Of a stretch of 53,620 nucleotides of DNA, positions 45,274 through 53,620 are shown piece by piece. The stretch spans positions 1 to 53,620 of the IMG/VR virus record IMGVR_UViG_3300037851_000502. One strand, given 5' to 3'. A program made the position numbers and the translations under genes. The stretch is from a virus. Under the pieces are notes generated by a model. It was not told the DNA's origin and did not search any database. It saw only the letters and a program-made list of their open reading frames with translations. Position 1 is the first letter of the stretch. Each line of letters starts with the position of its first letter.

Positions 45274-48200
45274 GTGAAAAAATTTGGGGTATAGAAATAG
45301 TCCTCGACGATTGCATGAATGCCAACACTACGGATACCGATGTCGGTCTGTATCAAATAACCACTACGACAGACACATCCACCACCGGGCAAAAGATTTT
45401 AACCGTGGCCGATACCGCCGAATTCAGAAAATACGACAAGGTATTTATTTCCGAGGACCCTGTAAGTGAAATAAATTATATCGCTTCGGTAGATAGCTCG
45501 ACCCAGTTGACAATGGTTAAGCCGCTTCAAAATTCCTATACCGGCGCGGGAGCTATTTATGCTAATTCGTGCTTCCGTTGGCTCCAGAATAATTCTGATA
45601 ATATTACGACACCCCGTTACACGGCGAGTATGATTGTCGTTAAAGGACTTCAGCCGTTTTCCCGCGAAATAAACCTTAAGCGCGGGGGGAATATTGCGGA
45701 CAACGGCGGCGGGTCTGTCACCGTGAAAAATACGAGTCAATTTTTCAACTTCCTCAAAACAGCTTCGATTTATTTCAACGGCCTCACTGTCCGGATATAC
45801 CTGTATACGGACGGCGTGGAGCGGCTGTATTGGACTGGCGTTTGTGAGCAACCGTCATGGAACACGGCGACATATACGATACCTTTAACCGGGATGCTCA
45901 ATCGTAGACGTTCTAATATTTCAACAGAAATCACGACACGGAATTTCCCCCAGGCTACAGAAACAGGAAAAATAGTTCCGATAACTTTCGGGAGGCACGA
46001 TAAGGCAAAGTTCATTAGAACAGCGGCGAAAGAATCCCTGATAGATAATACCCGGCTCTATGAAGAAACTGTTCCGGCGGGTGTGGTTGGCTTTCCTGTT
46101 GTAGTTGCGCCTTCCGGGGCGACATTGTCATACGAGATAGCTGTCGGTAACTGTGCTACTCCGAAGGACCCCAATTTTTTAATCGGAATGTACGTGAGGG
46201 TTATTGATGGTAGTTATTCAAACGGTGAGATACGAAAAATAACAGGGGTTACAACGGGGGGATTTGTCGGCGGTTACGCGACCATAACAATTACGATAGC
46301 CGAATACTTTACCGAAACACTTACGGGGAATAGCACTGCGACAGCATCAGGAAATTCATGGGTTGAAATCGTAGAAATATTCCGGGAATACGCGGGGGAT
46401 ACCTGGCCATGTAAAGATTTTTTAGATACAGATGGCTCGGTAGTATCTCAGGGTGCGGCGCTTTTCAGCTATGACTCGAAGAAACAAGTGGATGTCTCTG
46501 GTGATGAAGAAACAGCCCCCGTGCGGGAACAGTCCCCGCAATTCGCTCGGTTGCCGCAGTATGGGTATAAAGCCTCAAGCACGGGCTCTAAAAACCGTTT
46601 GACAATAGATACTAAGCAGTTTGATAGCGACCCAGATGAATTGAGGAGTTTTCTGGTTCTTCCCGTTACAGACGTTAAATTAATAACGGATGCGAACTTG
46701 ACGGCATGGGAAGAAGGTGGATTCACAAAGGATACCGATGGACTGTATTATTTAAGCGCCCATCCCGCGTATACTCTCACCCCTACGGGGAGTGCGGCAT
46801 TAGTCACTGATAAGGATAAAACTTCCTCATGGGAATTTGACCTTGCTCAAGGTTCTACAGGGGTTTCAACCACGGGTGAATTTATAATAGCCGTTCAGTT
46901 CAAACCACCGGTACTCCCTGATGATTTTGAATTCGATGCAGTTTATCTCGGTATAAAAGCCGATTGGGTTTTATACCATGGCCAATTGAATTATACGGGG
47001 CATAAAGTATATCCGCTCTGGAAAAGATTTATGGGAGCCCGTTCTGAGATATGTACTGACGCTCAGTCGTTTAGTGTAGACAATTTGGACTCATATGATA
47101 CACTGAATGATATTCCGGATATCTATTGCGGCAATATCACCGATGAAGAAAAATTTTATGTCACATACGCCGGGCCTGCGGGTCAAATAACGGATATAAG
47201 CGGGTATAAAAAATTTGAAATGACTGGTGTAAACAGCATAGCTAAGTATAGGTCGATTACGGATATGGCACTTCTTTCTAAGGGTCAGTACAATAATCTA
47301 ATACTCCCGGGGACATGCTATGAATTTAACCTCAGTGAATTGTGCCTGATATTTGAGAAAAAAATATCTGTTAAGGACCAAGTGTATACCCCCTTCAAAG
47401 GCCGGGTATACGGCGCGACATGGGGCGGGCGCGTAACTGCAACCGACCTCGTAGAAAATCCACGGCACCTGCTTGAAAAGATTGTCCGGCTCCAGAATTG
47501 GAGTGAAACGAGCCTTGCACCAACTGGCGGAAACGGCTGGGGTTGGACGTACTCGGACAACCCGCTTATTCGTACTGGATATACAGACAACTCTTTCGAC
47601 GGACTCAATGCCGGGGACAATATAAACGATGTAAATTCGCTTTACGCAGCTCAACAGATTTCCGATTTCGATGCGGCGAATACCGATGACATAAAGCGAA
47701 CACTCTGCCGTAATTTCTCCCTTGCCAATTGGGTATCCCATGATGGCGCGGAACAGGTGATTCGATTGAAGAAGTCGAATGTCACTCCAACCGATACCAT
47801 CACGCTTGCTGATATCATTGATAGAAAAAGCGTGGTTGTCACCGAACCGGCCCCCTCGGATATCTTCTGTAATCCATATGTTCGATACATGAAAAACCCG
47901 GCGACGGGGGAATACGACAGTGTTATCCGGTTCACCAATGCCGACGCACTTGCATACGAATCGAGTTTCCTCGAAGCTCCTGATGGCGTCTTTTCTTCCA
48001 GCGAAGCCGAAGAATACTGGACCCGGTGTCATGCGCTGTATCTCCGCTGCCGAAGCAATGAAAACCCGCCCTCGGACCTCACCGATTTACGCTGGGCAAA
48101 CGGGGTACAGGATAATGCGAATGCAATCGCAAAACAGGCCATCACATCTTGGATTGACTGGATGTTTAACCCGGTTATCCGATTCAAGGTCCACTTCGAC

Positions 48201-48467
48201 AAGGCCGGGCAATGGGAAGAATGTCATCGGTTTATTTTACAGCTACCGCACCAGACCGATGATGCTCAAATTGAATGCATCACTCAGAAAATTACCATCA
48301 ACCCGAACTCCCCGTATGACGTCACTGTCGAAGCGATAATGTTCTCGGACACAATTCCAAGTGACTTCTATTATCAGGACGTGTTTCAGACACTCACCAG
48401 CGATAAAAACTGGCAGGACAATTTCATTATTTACGGGGACACTCGGGACAAACAGGATACAATCTAA
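45270..48467 (+). CDS. Large tail / baseplate-hub (host-specificity-like) protein, 1065 aa
   Basis: Size and position after the distal tail protein; ATGA coupling. Confidence 0.6.
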   Translation: MSEKIWGIEIVLDDCMNANTTDTDVGLYQITTTTDTSTTGQKILTVADTAEFRKYDKVFISEDPVSEINYIASVDSSTQLTMVKPLQNSYTGAGAIYANSCFRWLQNNSDNITTPRYTASMIVVKGLQPFSREINLKRGGNIADNGGGSVTVKNTSQFFNFLKTASIYFNGLTVRIYLYTDGVERLYWTGVCEQPSWNTATYTIPLTGMLNRRRSNISTEITTRNFPQATETGKIVPITFGRHDKAKFIRTAAKESLIDNTRLYEETVPAGVVGFPVVVAPSGATLSYEIAVGNCATPKDPNFLIGMYVRVIDGSYSNGEIRKITGVTTGGFVGGYATITITIAEYFTETLTGNSTATASGNSWVEIVEIFREYAGDTWPCKDFLDTDGSVVSQGAALFSYDSKKQVDVSGDEETAPVREQSPQFARLPQYGYKASSTGSKNRLTIDTKQFDSDPDELRSFLVLPVTDVKLITDANLTAWEEGGFTKDTDGLYYLSAHPAYTLTPTGSAALVTDKDKTSSWEFDLAQGSTGVSTTGEFIIAVQFKPPVLPDDFEFDAVYLGIKADWVLYHGQLNYTGHKVYPLWKRFMGARSEICTDAQSFSVDNLDSYDTLNDIPDIYCGNITDEEKFYVTYAGPAGQITDISGYKKFEMTGVNSIAKYRSITDMALLSKGQYNNLILPGTCYEFNLSELCLIFEKKISVKDQVYTPFKGRVYGATWGGRVTATDLVENPRHLLEKIVRLQNWSETSLAPTGGNGWGWTYSDNPLIRTGYTDNSFDGLNAGDNINDVNSLYAAQQISDFDAANTDDIKRTLCRNFSLANWVSHDGAEQVIRLKKSNVTPTDTITLADIIDRKSVVVTEPAPSDIFCNPYVRYMKNPATGEYDSVIRFTNADALAYESSFLEAPDGVFSSSEAEEYWTRCHALYLRCRSNENPPSDLTDLRWANGVQDNANAIAKQAITSWIDWMFNPVIRFKVHFDKAGQWEECHRFILQLPHQTDDAQIECITQKITINPNSPYDVTVEAIMFSDTIPSDFYYQDVFQTLTSDKNWQDNFIIYGDTRDKQDTI

Positions 48468-48476
48468 GGAGAACCT

Positions 48477-50255
48477 ATGGCGACAGCTATCCATCTTCAA
48501 CGGGTAAAAGACACACTGGCAAATGGTATATCGAGCCTTGATGACAGTCAGCTTATGATGCTCAGCGATACGAACAATGAGCTGATGTACCGGGAGACTT
48601 CGGCCTTTTACCTTTGCAGACCACATGCATATACCACGGACGGAGTGAATTTCACCTATGTTGACCAGGACTTTAAATCTGTCAACGTCCGCGGGGACAC
48701 CCTTGCCGTCGCGCAGGATATTCAGCACTACGGGGACACGGATACCTATCTGCGTTTTGAGACGGATAAATTGACGATGGTTATCGGGGGAGTAACCTTT
48801 GCCACGTTGACGGAAGATACGGCCGATACGCTTTCATTCTTTGCTGGAATAGCAGGGACGGTTGGTATCGGAATAGCGACAGGGCTTGCCCGTTGTCATA
48901 TTGATTCCGACACTGCCTTTGACACGGCGAGCACAGAGGCCGACCAGGATACGCTATTCCTGACGAATAATAAATCGGGGGCTGGACAATGGAATGTCGG
49001 GCCATCAATCGGGTTTGGTGCCCCCGGAGATGATTACAGGAAAGCTGCTATTGCGGCTATTCAAACCGGAGCCGATGCAGACCACTTGGGTCTGGGATTT
49101 TATACGCATTCCTCTGGTACTACAGCAACGGCAATAGAATTATCTATGTATCTTTCGCATGACGGAACTCTTGCTCAACAAGCGTCAGGTTCGGCGATTC
49201 ATAAGATAATTACCCACTCAATGACTGATTCGACAAGGAGCTTTGTCGCCCTGTTTAAATCAGCCTTAAATACTATTGGAGCTTTTGCCGCGACTGCTGA
49301 AAACGAGTATCTCGGGAGTATCTCCGCAAGCGGGGTGAAGTCTGATAACTCAGGTTTTTCTGATGAATCTGTCGAAATAAGATTCAGCCAAGACGCCGCA
49401 GCCGGGGCGACGTATAATGCAGGACGAATAGAGTTTCATCTATCAACTAATGCGGCACCCAGAACAGAGAAAATGCGCCTGACCTCTGCGGGATACCTCG
49501 GTATAGGCACGACCGCTCCAGCTTCTATTACAGAAATACAGGACGGATTGACCACCGTCGGTGCGGTACTGACCCTCAGTTCAAAAGAAACATCCACCGT
49601 CGCAAATGATATTCTTGGAAGAATTAATTTTCGCGCCGCGCTCGATGGTGCCGGTGGTGACGCAATTCTCACGGGGGCATCTATCGCGGCTATCGCAGAA
49701 GATACCTTTTCTGCTTCTGTCAATAAAACGAGCATACAGTTTTCTACCGGAGCCTCCGAAGCAGCGACGGAAAAGATGCGGCTTACTTCCTCTGGCCGTA
49801 TTGGAATAGGTACAACTGCCCCGGTATCCGTTATCGATGCAGTGAGCGCAAATACTCCATGGGTGATTGTCGCTGCAAATAAAACAGACAATTCCGCAAA
49901 AGATGGAGCGCACGCCGGGATTTCTTATGATGTCGATGAAGAACCGTATGCAATGATATATGGAATATGCGGGGCAACTACCAACGCAGTAATCATTGGA
50001 GGAGGGACAAGCAATCTAAATGCAGCGACTTCTGTCGCAATACGAACCGCTGCTATAAATACTGTCGCAGGGACGGAACGATTTCTGGTTGATTCGGTCG
50101 GGAATGTCTATATCCAGACACTCGACCTCGCTATTATGACTGCGGGAAAAGGTATCGTCGTAAAGGACGGTAGCGGTCACTATTGGAGGTGGACTCCGGA
50201 TTCTGACGGCACCGTATTAGCCGCTGACTTGGGTACAACATTCCCAGTGCCGTAG
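48477..50255 (+). CDS. Tail fibre protein with internal ~101-aa repeats
   Basis: TEKMRLTSAGYLGIGTTAP (49464-49520) and TEKMRLTSSGRIGIGTTAP (49767-49823), a motif common in phage fibres. Confidence 0.75.
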   Translation: MATAIHLQRVKDTLANGISSLDDSQLMMLSDTNNELMYRETSAFYLCRPHAYTTDGVNFTYVDQDFKSVNVRGDTLAVAQDIQHYGDTDTYLRFETDKLTMVIGGVTFATLTEDTADTLSFFAGIAGTVGIGIATGLARCHIDSDTAFDTASTEADQDTLFLTNNKSGAGQWNVGPSIGFGAPGDDYRKAAIAAIQTGADADHLGLGFYTHSSGTTATAIELSMYLSHDGTLAQQASGSAIHKIITHSMTDSTRSFVALFKSALNTIGAFAATAENEYLGSISASGVKSDNSGFSDESVEIRFSQDAAAGATYNAGRIEFHLSTNAAPRTEKMRLTSAGYLGIGTTAPASITEIQDGLTTVGAVLTLSSKETSTVANDILGRINFRAALDGAGGDAILTGASIAAIAEDTFSASVNKTSIQFSTGASEAATEKMRLTSSGRIGIGTTAPVSVIDAVSANTPWVIVAANKTDNSAKDGAHAGISYDVDEEPYAMIYGICGATTNAVIIGGGTSNLNAATSVAIRTAAINTVAGTERFLVDSVGNVYIQTLDLAIMTAGKGIVVKDGSGHYWRWTPDSDGTVLAADLGTTFPVP

Positions 50256-50259
50256 AAAT

Positions 50260-50739
50260 ATGATAGATTTTGTTTTTACAATCTGGCTTTCTGGTGTAAT
50301 ACCGGCTAACTATCAGCGGTGTATTGATAGCCTATTCTCTATTTATTCGCATGCTGTTATTGTCCGAGAGTGGGGAGATTGTCCATATCCGAGAACTGGA
50401 GATGACAGGAGAGATAGTGAAAAGTTACGGAGATGGGTTCTTTCCAAACGAAAAGAAGCGCTTTATTCCGACGCAGATGTATTTCATGAAAAAGAACTAT
50501 CATTTGATAGAGCAGACAAGCCTTGGTTTGGGGAAGACGCCAAAGGTGTTTCGCAATGGCTTTGCTACCACAAGGGATGCGGGGAATTTTTTGTCAGAAA
50601 AAATTATTGCATATCAACCGGGAACAGTTACCGGATAAAGGATGGTTTTATCCATCACGGATTCACGATGAATTCAACTTCAATAAAGGAGAGGGCCAAT
50701 GAAACTCACAGTAACGACTCAGATTCTGAAGGGCAATGA
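50260..50739 (+). CDS. Hypothetical protein with weak GT32-like DXD region
   Basis: DSEKLRRWVLSKRKEALYSDADVF. It overlaps the strongly SD-preceded next gene by 41 nt. Confidence 0.3.
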   Translation: MIDFVFTIWLSGVIPANYQRCIDSLFSIYSHAVIVREWGDCPYPRTGDDRRDSEKLRRWVLSKRKEALYSDADVFHEKELSFDRADKPWFGEDAKGVSQWLCYHKGCGEFFVRKNYCISTGNSYRIKDGFIHHGFTMNSTSIKERANETHSNDSDSEGQ

Positions 50740-51130
50740 CTTTCTACCCGCGCTCAAGGCGCTCATGCAGGACGCTGGGCTGACCGCTGACAACCGCTGG
50801 GAACTGGCAGACCTACGGAAGTCTGTCAACGATACGATAAAGAAAGCCGTGGACATTGAAACAACTCTGGCGGAGAAATACACGGAACTCGTCAAGCCGG
50901 AGTTCAAGGCTGGATTGAAAGAGACCGGGATATCTTCAGATATGATTATTGGGGACACCGACCGGGCAACATTTATCAAGGAGTTCGGTGAACTCAATTC
51001 AACGGAACATACTTTCGAAGATGTAAAGTCCCCTATCGTAATCAATAACCGAACGAAACTCACAGCACATCAGATTTATACGCTTCGAGAACTCGGACTG
51101 ATAACGCGGGAGAAAAAGAATGACGCGTGA
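50699..51130 (+). CDS. Hypothetical protein (143 aa)
   Basis: Strong SD AAAGGAGAGGG. Confidence 0.55.
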   Translation: MKLTVTTQILKGNDFLPALKALMQDAGLTADNRWELADLRKSVNDTIKKAVDIETTLAEKYTELVKPEFKAGLKETGISSDMIIGDTDRATFIKEFGELNSTEHTFEDVKSPIVINNRTKLTAHQIYTLRELGLITREKKNDA

Positions 51131-51551
51131 GCAATTCAATCTGATTCATCATTTCACTGCCGGGGAAGTCGAAGCGACTGGCGCTCGAATATCAGATGTA
51201 AACTTTCGACTTCTTCTGGCTTATGATACTTATCGAGGTATCCTGGGAGTACCTGTCCAATTCGTCAAGGATGGGATTATTACTGGGGAACATGCAAAGA
51301 ACCCCGGGCCTCACAAAGACGGTATCGCTGGAGATAGTTGTTTCCTGAAATCCACTCCAGCGATTGAAACTATTTTTCGGGCTGGATTGCAATCTGGATT
51401 CAGAGGGATAGGGATATATTGGAACGGGAAAGCCTATTCCGTCCATCTTGATTTACGGGAGCAATTCGCTTTCTGGAGCGCAACAAAAAAGAAAGATGGT
51501 TCATGGAACTATGGAAAGTTACTAAACCTCATCGACCCGAGGAAACTATGA
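51120..51551 (+). CDS. Peptidase M15-like endolysin (zinc D-Ala-D-Ala carboxypeptidase fold)
   Basis: PHKDGIAGD (H-x3-G-x-A-x-D-like) and SVHLD motifs. Confidence 0.65.
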   Translation: MTREQFNLIHHFTAGEVEATGARISDVNFRLLLAYDTYRGILGVPVQFVKDGIITGEHAKNPGPHKDGIAGDSCFLKSTPAIETIFRAGLQSGFRGIGIYWNGKAYSVHLDLREQFAFWSATKKKDGSWNYGKLLNLIDPRKL

Positions 51552-52075
51552 AAATCAATTATCCTGAATTACCAGTCCTCGCCGTTGCTTTTACTCATGG
51601 ACTCGGCCCGGTCGGCCTGGCAATCAGTGCCGTGACTAAAAGCCCCTATCGCCATTCTTTACTCATAACGAACAACTGGGGCCAAAAGTTCGGGACTGAA
51701 GAAACCTTCCACGGACTTCAAGAAAATTCACTGGAAAAATATACAAAACAAAGTAATAGGATTATAGACATGTGGTACTGGAGGGGGTGGGACGACAAGG
51801 TTCGGGCGGAAGAAGCTCTTTGTTTTCTTGCAGAAATCCGTAGGAAAGCAGGAGAGCAGAGTAAATATGATTTTAAGGGATTGTTATCTTTCGTGTTTCC
51901 GAAGCTATTTAAACCGGACCCGAAAAGGCAGTGGTGCTCAGAAAACTGTCTTTCAACACATGTTCGATTCGGCTTTAAAACAGATTATAAACCCGATAGA
52001 GCTTCGCCGGGGATACTCCGGGGTATAATGTCGACGAGTGCAGAGTGCCTGCATTTTACGAGGTATTATTGTTAA
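51548..52075 (+). CDS. Putative cysteine peptidase / amidase (permuted NlpC-P60-like), second lysin candidate
   Basis: FTHGLG ... QWCSENC, with His before Cys; ATGA coupling to the M15 gene. The assignment is weak. Confidence 0.4.
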   Translation: MKINYPELPVLAVAFTHGLGPVGLAISAVTKSPYRHSLLITNNWGQKFGTEETFHGLQENSLEKYTKQSNRIIDMWYWRGWDDKVRAEEALCFLAEIRRKAGEQSKYDFKGLLSFVFPKLFKPDPKRQWCSENCLSTHVRFGFKTDYKPDRASPGILRGIMSTSAECLHFTRYYC

Positions 52076-52090
52076 TAGTACGGAAAACAT

Positions 52091-52116
52091 CTGATGTTGA
52101 ACAGTACCCACATCAG
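52091..52116. terminator. Hairpin between convergent genes
   Basis: CTGATGT-N12-ACATCAG; only a weak T-run follows. Confidence 0.25.
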
Positions 52117-52166
52117 CCAGATCCATTTTGTGACGAGCCATGACATATGGTGCATCAACGTTTGCG

Positions 52167-52979
52167 CTATGCTGACGTGCCGGTATTTCTGGCATGTGGC
52201 TTTAGCCCTTGCAGTATAGCGTTGTTGTGTGATGTTTTGCAAACTACCATATTATTCTTTTTTCGGCCCATTTTCTTGGCACAGGACGTGCCATGCCTCT
52301 CGTACCACTCCTGGGCATTGACCGTTTCCAACCCTTGCAATTCTGTCCATCCAATCGGCCACCCTTGCATCGCTTCGTAAACTTGGGGTGTCGGTTGCAA
52401 ATTGTGTGTGTTCCACAAAATCCACCCGATTCCGTGGTAGTGATCGCCAGGGCTTTTGCTCCACACATATTTTTCTTCCCATTTCGTTGGTGTAGGCCAC
52501 GATCCACAAGCGTTCTCTGAGGTGTCGTGCTCCAACATCGGCAGCGCTGAAAACGCCCCATTTTGCATTATACCCCATCTCGGCCAAGTCTCCGAGAACT
52601 CTTCCAAGCCCCCGAAAAGTGAGTGCTGGTGAGTTCTCCACAAGTGCAAATCCGGGTCGTATGTCCCCAATAATTCGCCGCATTTCGGCCCACAATCCGC
52701 TTCTTTCTCCGTCAAGTCCTGTTGCATTGTCGTTTGCAACGCTGATATCTTGGCACGGAAACCCACCAGAAACCACGTCAACAATTCCGCGCCAAGGCTT
52801 TCCGTCAAAAGTTCGCACGTCATCCCAAATCGGGAAAGGTTCGAGACTTCCGTCGTTTTGCCTTGCGACAAGAACATTGCGGGCGTGTTCGTCGTATTCG
52901 ACGGCGCAAACTGTTCGCCATCCGAGGAGCAACCCTCCGAGTATTCCGCCACCAGCGCCTGCGAAAAGAGCCAGCTCAT
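52167..52979 (-). CDS. 270-codon ORF in the +1 frame of the C5-methyltransferase gene (candidate overprinted gene)
   Basis: Its ATG lies 4 nt downstream of the MTase ATG (ATGAATG), behind the same SD. The product contains SRFGMTCELLTE, GFRAKISALQ, LWRTHQHSLFGG, SETWPRWGIMQNG, SWPTPT and EAMQGWPIGWTE, strings I recognise from a separate recurring protein family. Confidence 0.5.
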   Translation of the reverse strand: MSWLFSQALVAEYSEGCSSDGEQFAPSNTTNTPAMFLSQGKTTEVSNLSRFGMTCELLTESLGAELLTWFLVGFRAKISALQTTMQQDLTEKEADCGPKCGELLGTYDPDLHLWRTHQHSLFGGLEEFSETWPRWGIMQNGAFSALPMLEHDTSENACGSWPTPTKWEEKYVWSKSPGDHYHGIGWILWNTHNLQPTPQVYEAMQGWPIGWTELQGLETVNAQEWYERHGTSCAKKMGRKKNNMVVCKTSHNNAILQGLKPHARNTGTSA

Positions 52980-52983
52980 TCAT
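52252..52983 (-). CDS. DNA (cytosine-5) methyltransferase, compact (243 aa)
   Basis: Motif I LFAGAGGG, motif IV GGFPCQDIS, motif VI LVENSP, motif VIII RERLWIVA, motif X RVGNGQCPGV. SD AAGAGGAAGAA. Confidence 0.85.
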   Translation of the reverse strand: MNELALFAGAGGGILGGLLLGWRTVCAVEYDEHARNVLVARQNDGSLEPFPIWDDVRTFDGKPWRGIVDVVSGGFPCQDISVANDNATGLDGERSGLWAEMRRIIGDIRPGFALVENSPALTFRGLGRVLGDLAEMGYNAKWGVFSAADVGARHLRERLWIVAYTNEMGRKICVEQKPWRSLPRNRVDFVEHTQFATDTPSLRSDARVADWMDRIARVGNGQCPGVVREAWHVLCQENGPKKE

Positions 52984-53095
52984 TTCTTCCTCTTGTTTTT
53001 GTTGCCCAGGACGGGCAATTGTTTTTATGGGCCGAAAAACTATAATTCAAAAGTTTGCAAAATTTCATACAACGTCTGCCGCATTCGCTCGAAGT

Positions 53096-53566
53096 TTAGC
53101 GGCCACACTTAGTACAGCTTTGTCCAATTGGTACACCATGAGAACACTGGCCGCTAAATTTTGTGCTGCGGGTGTTGTGCAAAAGTTTTAACGCCTCCGC
53201 ACGTTTGAGCGCAATTATCCTGTTATCAATTAACACCTTCGCGTGACTTGCATATATAGCAGGAGAAAGATTATAGCACAAATCAAGATGGTGTTTCACT
53301 TCCTCCAGAAAATCTATTTCATCTGACGCGCTCATATAATTCTCCAGCGTTAAAACTTTTGCACAACGGCCCGGCAAACGCACGAAGCGCGGCCAGACTA
53401 CATTATTGCTTACCAGCGTTTTGTGCTTGGCCTGTTGTTTGACTGTTGGCAGCGACTCTACCGTTTTCTTTCCGCCGCCCATCACGAATGTCACATTGAT
53501 TTTCCTCATCCCAGAACTGGCCAGCCTGATCTCGCGGAGAGCACGGATTATCTTTGCGCTCCACAA
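53096..53566 (-). CDS. Hypothetical protein with C-terminal Cys cluster
   Basis: ORF whose 5' end lies in the terminal overlap. Ends ...CSHGVPIGQSCTKCGR. Alternative start MRKINV at 53509. Confidence 0.5.
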   Translation of the reverse strand: MWSAKIIRALREIRLASSGMRKINVTFVMGGGKKTVESLPTVKQQAKHKTLVSNNVVWPRFVRLPGRCAKVLTLENYMSASDEIDFLEEVKHHLDLCYNLSPAIYASHAKVLIDNRIIALKRAEALKLLHNTRSTKFSGQCSHGVPIGQSCTKCGR

Positions 53567-53620
53567 GTATCTCCTGATAGCACTCAGCCAGACTTCGGCC
53601 AGTTCCGCAAGAACGCGAAA
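53494..53620. repeat. Terminal direct repeat, right copy (identical to 1-127)
   Basis: Same comparison. The 127-nt length equals a common maximal assembler k-mer, so this is probably a circular-closure overlap. Confidence 0.97.

Noticed and set aside
52244-53191. Third minus-strand frame (52244-52561, 105 aa) and plus-strand ORFs (52619-53191, 52750-53112) over the second C5 MTase
   Set aside because: Their translations are Arg/Ser/Pro-rich with no motifs and no SD. They probably reflect general stop-codon depletion of this doubly constrained segment.

Overview
The window is a complete tailed dsDNA phage genome. It has about 53,493 bp of unique sequence, and bases 1-127 are identical to 53494-53620, which indicates circular closure. 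Two divergent arms meet at an AT-rich, repeat-dense control region (18940-19685).

The leftward (minus-strand) arm carries early, replication and DNA-modification genes: a family A DNA polymerase, an AEP primase-polymerase, a UvrD-like helicase, two SNF2-like helicases (one fused to an amino-DNA-methyltransferase), a VRR-NUC-like nuclease, MazG-like and radical-SAM-like proteins, a tyrosine recombinase, a C5 methyltransferase and many small ORFs.

The rightward (plus-strand) arm carries late genes: terS-like and terL, an HK97-type portal fused to a MuF domain, prohead protease, major capsid, connectors, tail tube, a G/GT frameshifted chaperone, tape measure, large tail and fibre proteins, and two peptidoglycan hydrolases. 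Two to three minus-strand genes, including a second C5 methyltransferase, close the circle.

Four items stand out:
1. An intein splits the conserved NCRC motif of the MuF domain. A complete, SD-preceded ORF for an HTH plus PD-(D/E)xK-like endonuclease lies on the intein's antisense strand.
2. A textbook type II hammerhead ribozyme, with a loop-I pseudoknot partner, sits between two small early genes.
3. The second C5-methyltransferase gene holds a 270-codon ORF in its +1 frame. That ORF has its own family-like motifs, and the two ATGs are 4 nt apart behind one SD.
4. An 8.3-kb block of about 6-7 glycosyltransferase domains and 4 SAM-methyltransferase domains is inserted in the virion structural operon.

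I saw no rRNA, tRNA or CRISPR array. All homology statements come from motif recognition by eye, not from database searches.
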